Assembly (NCBI RefSeq): GCF_001194135.2
Contig: NC_068984.1
Coordinates: 37,950,293 to 38,014,292, forward strand
Origin: Octopus bimaculoides
Taxonomy: Eukaryota
Reading direction: 5' to 3'
Length of the DNA: 64,000 bases
Shown: piece by piece, positions 39,701 through 51,100 of the stretch
Numbering within the stretch: position 1 is the stretch's first letter
Layout: the number at the start of each line of letters is the position of its first letter
The notes under the pieces: model-generated
Seen by the model: the letters and a program-made list of their open reading frames with translations, nothing else
What the model was told of the DNA's origin: nothing
The model's database searches: none
Position numbers and translations under genes: made by a program

Positions 39701-42700
39701 ACATGTCTGGCCAAGGAGAACTTTTACCTTGCTTGGAAACAGGTGAGGGGTGGCTATAGGAAGGGCATCTGGCCATAGAAACTAATGCAACCATGAAAAA
39801 AGGACATTAAAATGATGGCATATTGGAAATGTGTTTGTTGCATTGACTAAAAGAAATAGAATAACATCCTACCTAAAGATCATTTTAATGACTATTTTTA
39901 GAATATAGGTATTTAACTTCTTTAGAATAGAAGGCTGAGAACGGCCCCAATGCCTTTTATACAAAATCAAAAGTATGTTCTTGAAATCTTATTTTTTTAA
40001 ATTCAATTTTCTGAAGTTATTGCTTCCAAAACATATTTATATTTTATTTTAAAAGGATCACCCGAGAAAAAAGCAAGTCCACAGCAAGATGTGATTGATT
40101 TGACTATGGATTCCTCATCTGACGAGGAAGATCTCACACAGCATGTTACTCCATCACGAACTCCAAGTACATCACAAACCAGTAATTCTTCAGGGTGTGT
40201 GAGTCCATATGTTATTCCTATTGGCACGCCATCTCCTCCCTCACACTTCTGAATGCTGTCTGTGACCACACTGTACAGACTTCAACATTGCCTTGAACTG
40301 TTTAAGCTGCATGTTGTTTCGACTTGATGGCTGGACTTTGTATATACATATAGATATTCCATTTAAGCACAGAAACTTGCAATTTCTCTTTTTTGCAAAA
40401 CTTAGTTTAATAGAATGATTTTTAAATTCAAGATACTTATCTTGTTAGATGTCTACATACTTGCAATTCTGGCTTATCATCACTTGGTTATTCCATACAA
40501 CATGTATCTACAATTATTTTAAATTACATTACCCTCTCCTCACATTTGTATAAATTGTTTAAAAGAAAAAAGAAAAAAAGTTTATATAGACCAAATGGAC
40601 AAAAAAATTACTTCCCTCTATATATAACTTATTAGATCTCTCTACCTGCACTCTTCCATTACTTTGGTCATTTTCAGTTAGTTACATTGTACGCATATAT
40701 GTTGCAGAGAGAATGTATGTGTTTAAAGATATATACACTCGCATACATATTTTTGTCATTTCCCGCCCCCCACCCCCTTCACATTCATTTAATTGTAATA
40801 TATTTTGACATTTGGTAAAAATTCTCCCTCCATCATTGTCCTCATCTTTTTTGTCTCTTCATCATTCCATTTTGATTTGTTTTATGGTATCAGATTTGTT
40901 TATATATCATACATCTGAGAACAAATGTAAGTTGGTTTTATTGCATTTTTGTTACTCTTGTTCAACAATTCTTGAATAACAGCAGTGAGGTCCTGATTGC
41001 CTCAAATGCGTATATTTACAGTCTCTGTAGTCTTGAAGTGGACTGGTTTGGGTAAACAGATTTTCAGATCTTTAAATCAACTAAGTATAATTAAAATATT
41101 GATGAATTTGTAAGCTATTATATTCAAATGTTTCAATTTTTTGAAATATTAAGTTGATTAGTCACCTTTATTTTACTTGCGCGTTCTCTCTTTCTCTCCT
41201 TTATTTAAATGGTTCATTTCAATAGGTTTCTCTGAATTGATATTTTTTATAACAAGCATGAAAAAAAATTTTTCGAGTGTCTTATGAAGAATGCAATTTA
41301 TAAAAATAAATCATTACAGTGAATTAAGAGGACTCTATAAGATAAATTATAAAAAAATCGTAATCCTTCAATTAAATTTTCAACAGGTGTTTAACTCACA
41401 ATCTGTTTACTAAGGATAATATTGTTATATAGTTTTGCTGTTTACTGTCAGGTTGTTTTAAACTGGGTGTTTTTTCTTCTTTTGTTACCTTGTAGTTTTT
41501 GCTTTCGTTACATATTTGTCATTTTCTCCAAATGTTACTGTTTTCTAGTTTAACCCTTTAGTGTTCAGATTACTCTGTTAAATATGCTTTTTCACTCAAA
41601 TTGTTTGGAATTAATCTTCTAGTTTTGAGGTTTCAATGATGTGATTTTTTTTATTTTTAGAATGTCAATGTAGGTTATGTGAGAGGCTAGATATGGCCAG
41701 TTTAAATGTAAAACATTTGGAATATTTGGGCTGGATATGGCCAGTTTAAACACTAAAAGGTTAATCTATTTTGTAGATAATATTTAAATTTTATAATAGG
41801 GATTTAATTTAAATGTAATTCTAAATGCTTCTGATGTAGTTATTAAAAGTTGCAGTCTCAACTAATTTCTTCGTATATTTAACAAAATCTTATTAATTTC
41901 CTCATCTATAGTATGGTATATCTTAGAACGTGTGTACCTCATATTTTTTCATTAAACTCCCCCTTCCATCCTTTTTTTTTATTTTGCATAAGATTTTTAA
42001 TGTTAGGGATAAATCTTTTTTTCCACTTCTTTCTCTCCCTCACCCATATCTTTTTGACACATTCTTTTTCATTTTCCCCAAAATACACAAGTTAAAACTA
42101 CTTAACATGAATTTCATTTAGCAACTTAGTAAATAATTCTGCTAAATAAGTTGTTTCTGTAACTTTTTTTAACATGTGAATGCTACTAATTGAGTTTATG
42201 TATTTAGAATATTTTTTGAGTAATTTAGAGTAAATGTCTTTCGTAAGCATTTTGATCATGGAGTGCCTTTATATTAAGATTTGTAATATTTTCTTAATAG
42301 TTTTTAAAAGTATCTGATTTTCCAATAAATAACATCTGACTTATTTAGTAATTCTGTAGTTTTCTTAATTTACTTCTTAGTTCAGTTGTAAGTAGTGTAA
42401 TTATACTTTTGGTAAAATGACAAAAAAAAATGTATTTAAGAAATATGTGAAACTAAATCAGGCTAATAAGAATAATATTTAAATGAATTATTAAATAGAA
42501 ATAGTTTTCACTGTTTCCTCCCAGTCTGCTCAGGATTATTTATATTCCTTTACTCATTACCTGTGATAATTGAATTTATCATTGGTTTCATGATGTAGAG
42601 GTGAAATATTGCTACTGTTATTCCAGAAATTGTTAAACTGATGTTTAATTGTACACAAGACAAAAAGGAAACCCTTTTTGTGCCATTGTACTGGAAACTG

Positions 42701-45089
42701 TTATTTGAGGCTATGCCTCCAACAATGTGCAAGTTCAGTCCTTATGTTCCTAATTGTTTTACAGATGTACAAGTAATGGCAATAAAGTGGCAGCCATTGG
42801 CAGTGAAATTCAAACTATTTCTTTGTTTTGGGTTTTTATTTCATTTATTGAAAACTTGCAGTCTAGGTTGGTAATAAACATCCCAGTTTTGCTATCAAAA
42901 CTAGAAAAATTTTCTTAAGTGTTTAATATTGCATTTAAAAAAAAATTAGCAATATCGAATTTTATTTTATGTTTCTTAAAATATATTTTTATATTGCTAA
43001 TTAGATTTAAATTGGATGACAAGATTTCAATTAATTTACCTGCCTTTATTGTAATTGAATTATTGATATAATTTACTTTTAGTTCTTATTTAGAAATTAG
43101 AGCACAAAATAAAGGAGTTTTTTTTTTTTTTTAGTTTAGTATTAAGAAACCTTTGCAGAATCATATTTTTACTAATATTTCAGATGTTATCTACTGGAAT
43201 AATGAATGTCAGTGTTTAAGTTTTCCTATTTATTGATGTTTTCTCTTCAACAAATTTAATGGCCTGTTTAATAGTCCAGCATAAGTTAATTAATCTTTCA
43301 TATTTCAAATATTAACGTCAGACTTGGGAGTTAAATTACTCAAAAAAGATTATTAAATCTATATCATTTGTACATAGATCTGATATGTTATTTAGACAGT
43401 CTTTATTTCAAACTGTTAGTGGAATATCTAAATTTAAACTATAGTTGCATATTATTTGCTTTTATTTAATTAAAACTGGCTATATAGTGATGAATGGATA
43501 ACTAACTATAATATATTCATGCACATAAAGGCAGATATTTTTTATCTATTATTCAGTGATCATTTTTAAAGCTTCAAATATTGCAGTATAGAAAATAAAC
43601 CTGTTTTAACTTCATTCCCAACCTGGCTGCTTTTTCAAAGTTTGTATGCAAGACATTCAACAAATTTATTTGATGATACAGTTTTTCAGAAAAAGTTGTC
43701 AGTAAGTCTGACTCCTCTCATTCTTAATGCTCAAGATTTACATATTTTAAAAATATTACCTACTTTATTCAGAGATTTTCTCAACAATCTGCAACTGTTT
43801 CTTTAGATCTGTATCATTTTGAAATGTCTTGCTCTGTTATTTAATTTTTGAAACACATCTTATTGAAGATTTATCATACAAAATTTTTTCTTTATATTCA
43901 TTAGAAAGATATGAAAAGTTGCACGCATGCATAGTGTCAAAAATTGTTTTCAATGTATTGACTTAGCTGAAGTTTTCTCAAATCTTTTACTTGCCTACCC
44001 AATGCAGGTTGTCCTGTATCAGGTTAGGTTGGTAACTATTCCTAGTTCCAACCTGTTTTCTCATGAAGTTAGTTTCAGCAGCCTCATAATTTCAACATGA
44101 TTCCTTTGACCTTGTTATACTAAATTACCTGTGCATCTACAAAGCATACTTCCCTGCTGTTTGATGCCTCTAATTTTCAAGATACCTTACTTCAATCAAC
44201 ATATTGTCCACATTACACTGTAACGGCAAAATATAGCCAAATTCAAATAGTAGTTTTTGTATTTCACTTCAGTACCAAGGACAGAACAATTTTAAACCAT
44301 TCTTGTCACTTTATACCATCCTCCTTAGATTTGGATACTGACCATTTGTGCTGCTGTGCAGAAATTTCTAATAATACATTCTGTGCATTAATTTGTTACA
44401 ATATTTTATCATTTAGAATACTGTATTTCATACCTATCTGTCATTTCAGCAAATCTGAACTTGTGTGCTGAAAATTTTATTTTTCTGTCTCTCTCCCCAC
44501 AAATTCAAACTCTTGAAGACATGTACATAAAACACACACACTGTGCAAGGAAAGATCACTGAAAAACAATTCACTGCTTACTCAATGTATTGATAAGAAT
44601 ATTTAACAGTTTTAACTTTTGATATATATATATTCAAGTAATTGTTTAATGAAAAAAATATTGAAAAATTTTTCAGTTTGCTTTTTTCTCAGCTGTTGTG
44701 TTAAAAATTTTGGTTTAGTTGTATTTTTTTGAAAACTATCAGGTCTTTGAGCTGTGTTTTCATTTGCTTACAAATATACAACACTTTCAATAGAGAATTT
44801 GTGAGTGTTTTGTGCAAGTGCCTGAGATGTATTAACAATGTAAGTGAACAATTTTTCACTTATTTTGGTCATTGCTTCTGTTATTTGTGTGTGTGTGTGT
44901 GTGTACACACACACATGTATCTTTTTCTTTTTACAGGTAAGTTAATTTAGTCAGGCATATGCAAAATATACTCTATGTTCAACTATGTAATTTTTTTCTT
45001 AATACTACACATTTTAACTATATATATATATATATATATATAAAAACAGATTTTTGTGTGCAGTGAATTATTCTTGCTGAACTTTCCAA

Positions 45090-45121
<32 letters not shown>

Positions 45122-48100
45122 TCTCTCTCTTTCTTCTCAGCCTTCTGGTTGAAACATTACCATTGTACTTGTGTTGTTTAGTACGAGGTTGACCCTGATT
45201 GAGTTTTGATAGCTCTCTCTTTTTTAATCTTTCTTTTCTGAAAGTGGACTACATTATCTAATGTGCCCTTCCCTTTTGAGACAGTAAGGTGTTATTTGAG
45301 TGAGATTTAGCAGGTCGAGTAATCGCATAGAAGATCCCTCATTCACTCTTGTGGGTTCATTGTATATGCTGGTGTTTGATAGAGCAAGTCTATGACGCTT
45401 GTCTATTCTTCCTGCAATATTTATTTAGAATCTTACTCGGCAGTTTATTCAGCTATTTGTATATGTTGTATGCAGATGTCTTTTGTACACTTGTAACTTA
45501 TTAGCTAGCTAAAGATCTATTGAACTTTAGGCTGCTGCAGTGTTTGGTACCTCTCCAGGGCTGTGTTGCCATCAATTTGACACATCTACATCCTGTGTTG
45601 TAGTGATCAAAATCAAGTTTGATGCTAGTTCTAATAATTTCCATGTCTGTTATATAATTGTCTGCTTCAGAGAATAGCCTCTTAGCTATTCCTGGTTGTT
45701 AAATAGGCCATAACATCATTGTTGAGACATGTGTGTGTGTATTTATGCAGACATACATTATATATAATGCAAAATGTTTGAAACAGTTTTGCTTGTCCCA
45801 TAATTATTTTTTTAAATTTACATTTCAGAAAAATTTCATGTTCATCATATTTATTCTTGACATCCCAGATGCTAGGCCTAATCACTAAAAATTGACAAAG
45901 TATTTTCTACTATATCACTTGAAATATCCATTAAAATGCTTTAAGATCATCTTTTATGTTGTTATTGTTCTATTTTTGAACATTGGTGCAGTGTAAATTT
46001 TTTGGTCATTGAGATTCTAGTTTTGATTCTTAAGAATGCTTTACATATTGACTCTGGAAGTACATAATAACTTTTTTTTTTTCCTTTTACTCTGTAAATC
46101 CAGAAATTTATTGTAAAAAATTTACTTTTTTGATAAGAAAAGATTATCTTAATCTTCAAGGAGAATTATAAAGACATGAATTGTTTTATGAAAACGTTTT
46201 AGATTTTTCTTAAATTGATTTGATTCTTTAACTGGTTGTAGTTAAAGATTATAAATATACTTAAGAATGAGACAAAACATTTTCAAATTGATGTAGATAC
46301 TTTTTTGTTTTTCTTCAGATGGATTAGCAAAACCTACTAACCACTCAGATTCAATGCAATCAGCTATTGAAAACCCATCTTTAATGAATCATTAGATTAA
46401 AGTTAAACATATGAAATGGGAGTAAAACTTTTGATCCTGTTAAAATATTTTTACTGATAATTGTTCGAATGCTTTGGATGATGTTTAGAACATATTTAAA
46501 ACTATCGCAAGTAAATTTACAAAATAATTGAAGTGTTTTGAAGTTACTATTTTTACTATGTGTTACTACTAATAATTTCTCACATTTAATACTAAAGACT
46601 GCTTGTAAAAATATATATGAAGGTAAGTTACGAATGGAACATGAAATCCTTTTTCTTTTTGTTCTAGTACAGATGTTCTTTCATTATTACTATTATTATT
46701 AAGTACTCATACATACACATGCACACATACCTATATTTATATGTGGTTAAGTTCTATAATTTTTTTCTATCTGATTTGTCCATACTTAGATTGCTATAAA
46801 GAACTGCAACATGTAATTTATTTTATAAGATTACTTATTTCTGTTGATATTTATTAGGAATATGGTCGTGTTCTTGTGAAGATATTTTCCTCAGCCATTG
46901 AGATTCTTTCTCCACCATGTATTGTTTATAAGCTTATTGCAATAGGCATCCTTAAATAGTCTTATTACAAGGTCCTGTTACTGGTTCTTCTATATTTTGC
47001 CCATTATAGAGAATGTTCTCATTGGAATGAACTAAAATTTTTTTGCTTAAGCTATTCCTTAAACTTATTAGGAATTGTATTTTTAAAAATTCATTAGTAA
47101 TTGTGTGATTTGATAGATATAAAAGCTAAGACAGAAGTTCTACAATTGGTGACAGGAATTTTGGACCCCCAAGATCCTTAGTATTTGTTTGTTCTCTAGT
47201 TTCCTTACTATAAAATTACTAACAAAATCAATCCAGTTTTAGATCAGCATTTTTAAGATTTTGTGTGATAGCTGTATAGCCAGATAATTAATTTCTTTAT
47301 TTTTATAATAAACCATTTTATTAGTGTTCCATTTTATATGATATGGTTAAACATGACAATCCTGAGTAAATGGAAGAATAACAAGGTGGGAATCATTGGG
47401 AAGCTAATTTTCCATTGGGATTAAATTTTAAAAATATGTAAGGATGAAAAAAAAAAACCTTAAGAAATTAAGTAATTTTTTTATTATTGCTAATGTGTTT
47501 GTTTTGTCTCTTTCTTTATTTCTTACAGATCATCAATTGCGACTTCAGTTAATTCATCTCCTGTGTATTCCAACAATGTATATCTTCAGCCGCCTTCCCT
47601 TCCTGTTATCACCTCCAACAGTATTGCAGCAGTATTTGGCTCGCGGTCATCTCCTGTGTTGAAATCTGCACACTCATTGTACATATCACCTCCAAACTTT
47701 GCTGAACTGTCAGCTAATGATATTTCTGAAAATTTTACAAAACTACCAGTTTTCCCTGGAGCCAATTCCAGTTCAGCAGCAGCGGCAGCAGCAGCAGCTT
47801 CAACACCAAACCCAAGGGGTAATGAGATTCACTTTATATCTATCTGAATTCCTCTCAAAATGGCAGAGAGATTTGAAACTACAGTTGCTGGATGGCAGTA
47901 GCTCTGTGCATATAGGTATAAAACTAGTATACTATTTGGACAATAAAAAAAAAATCATTTTAACGACTCCAAATTTGGGTTGGCATCATCAAATATTCAG
48001 AGAGGACATTAACAGTCCTTGATACATCTTCATTAGTTTTTTTTTTTTTTTTTTCTCCTTTCTTGTTACAATCATTTTGTCTGTCTTTGAGAGTTAAGGA

Positions 48101-51100
48101 TAAATAGCTTAAACAGGTGTTCTCATTGTTTTCCCCATTAACTATTTCTTGCTTTTAGTTAGCATAACTATTATTGTCTCTTTTGTTGAAGATTTCTGCT
48201 GAGAGTATGTGAATTATTCTTAACTTTTTTTTAAATTTTTTTTAAAAGTATTTTGATTAAAGTAATCTGGCTGCATAAAAGGTGTAGGCTTGATTAGATG
48301 GTGTGGGCAATCATCTCTCAATTGTAATATAAATATTTATATGAATGAATGTTTAGACTATTGTAAATAAGANNNNNNNNNNNNNNNNNNNNNNNNNNNN
48401 NNNNNNNNNNNNNNNNNNNNNNNNNNNNNNNNNNNNNNNNNNNNNNNNNNNNNNNNNNNNNNNNNNNNNNNNNNNNNNNNNNNNNNNNNNNNNNNNNNNN
48501 NNNNNNNNNNNNNNNNNNNNNNNNNNNNNNNNNNNNNNNNNNNNNNNNNNNNNNNNNNNNNNNNNNNNNNNNNNNNNNNNNNNNNNNNNNNNNNNNNNNN
48601 NNNNNNNNNNNNNNNNNNNNNNNNNNNNNNNNNNNNNNNNNNNNNNNNNNNNNNNNNNNNNNNNNNNNNNNNNNNNNNNNNNNNNNNNNNNNNNNNNNNN
48701 NNNNNNNNNNNNNNNNNNNNNNNNNNNNNNNNNNNNNNNNNNNNNNNNNNNNNNNNNNNNNNNNNNNNNNNNNNNNNNNNNNNNNNNNNNNNNNNNNNNN
48801 NNNNNNNNNNNNNNNNNNNNNNNNNNNNNNNNNNNNNNNNNNNNNNNNNNNNNNNNNNNNNNNNNNNNNNNNNNNNNNNNNNNNNNNNNNNNNNNNNNNN
48901 NNNNNNNNNNNNNNNNNNNNNNNNNNNNNNNNNNNNNNNNNNNNNNNNNNNNNNNNNNNNNNNNNNNNNNNNNNNNNNNNNNNNNNNNNNNNNNNNNNNN
49001 NNNTATATATATATATATATATATGAAGCAAATATATGTAACTAAATTAATCCAGAATTTCCTTTAAGGCAATAGACATATGCTAAGTATTTTACTGAAG
49101 TCTATTTTACTGAACTCTGAATGTTGTCATTATGACAATTACTATATTTATTATATTTAGTGTTTTGTTACCTTCAGAAATTGATAGTTAGGGGTGAGAC
49201 ATGTTTTAAGAGGGATTCAGTTTTCAGAGTGTGGTTGTGTGTGCCTGTGGCTGTTTATTCATTTTAACACCAATATATAAAAATGTGGACCACAAAATTA
49301 TCAGCAACTCAGTTGGAAAATTTGTTTCTAGAATCCCCTTTTTCTTTCCCAGCCCCTTATTTTTCTTTAAATTTATATTTATTATTTTTTTTTTTAATAA
49401 AGACTTGTCTTGTGAAAAAAATGTGTTGAAGTTATTTATTTTCTTCTGCATCTTACTTAATTTATAAATAAGTTCACATTGAGACACAGCGACTTTAAAA
49501 AGATGAATTAGTAGCAGGTTATGTGCATGATTGTTCTTATTTTTATTTATGTTTGATTGTTTACATTGATAATAGCCTAAGTCCTTATAAATCTGCCCTA
49601 TTTTTGAATGTGTATGTATGTGTGCATGGTGCATGCATACATACATAGAAACATTTATGATGAGTTCATACAAAATAATGGTGTTACAAAATGTATATTG
49701 AAAGATTATATTTTAAAAACCATGAAGTTTATTGAAGACTCACTATACATATTACAAAATTATTTTTATTTATCTTTAGTCTCTAATTTCTAATTATTAA
49801 ACTCAAACTAATATTGCTATTAAAAAGATTTACTTAGCTTATGTTATTTCTTTAACTGTAACAGGAAATGTATACAGCAAGAGAAAAATGTTCTACTTAA
49901 AACTTAAGCAATTTTAACTAGCATTTCTCCTGTGTAATAATTGAGATATCAGGTTTGGATGCCATTTTGGGGTTTTTTGTCTCTTTTTTTTTTTTTTGTC
50001 ATGGTATTTTTGAACAAGCTGTTGTTTCAATTGTTTATAAATAATGATGCAGCAAAATTTAGAGAGGAAAAATGCAGTTCTATTGCTTAGAAAACTAAGC
50101 AGAAAACATTAAAAAAATTTTTTTATTTACTTCATCTCATTTATTTATATTTACATACACATTAACATCCATAAATCTATTAAAATCTGAAACTTATTTC
50201 TTTTTTCTTTGCTTGTGTTATCTTATTCTACCCTTTAGGTTATTTCAAATATTCTGTAGTACTTCTGTTGAACATATATTTAGTTATCATCCATTTTATC
50301 TTTCTCTGGAACAATCAAGGGTCAAAGCTGAAAAATGCCCCGATTTCATTGATTTAGTTTTCTCATTTCTAACAGATATGGTAAATTCATAGAAGGCTTG
50401 GCTATGGCAGCTGCTTGAGAATCTGATGTCATGTTGACTCTTGTCGTTGCATGTTGTGAAGTTCCATTGAGTGACAAGCAACATACATTCAAGTGAGTGG
50501 CCTGCTCTACTCTCAATTCCTTACATTTTGAAAACCAGCTGCAAAATATAAGAAAATAGAAAACAATAGCTATATATATATATATTTTTTTTTTAAATTT
50601 AGTATGCAGTTTATTTACATACTCAATATGTTTTAAATTACTTTTTTTTCTGCATTAACTCAGATATTTTCTATTTCTTTTGAGAGTAAATCATTCTTTT
50701 GTGTCACACTGCTTTTTGTGTGTTTGCAAATATCATTATAAGCCTGTAGTTTCTTTGCACGTTGATTTTTTAATAAATGCATTGTAAACTATTCTTAAAA
50801 TATATGCTTTACATATATTTGCATTAGTCAACAGTGATATTGGATCTTTAGTGAAAATCTGCAACCAAAGAATATGCTGCTGCTTTCATCTCCTTCCCAG
50901 GTTCTTAGCTCAGAATATTTTCTAATTTTCATTATAATTTCACTATTTCTGCTCTTCATTTTCAGACTTGTTTTAGTATTATTATATTTCTATCAAATTC
51001 CAAATATATATTGCCTACGAAAATTTATATCAGACTTGAATGTAGAATAATCAATTATATTGTTTGAATTTCATGATTTTGTTCTTTTAAGACACTAAAT

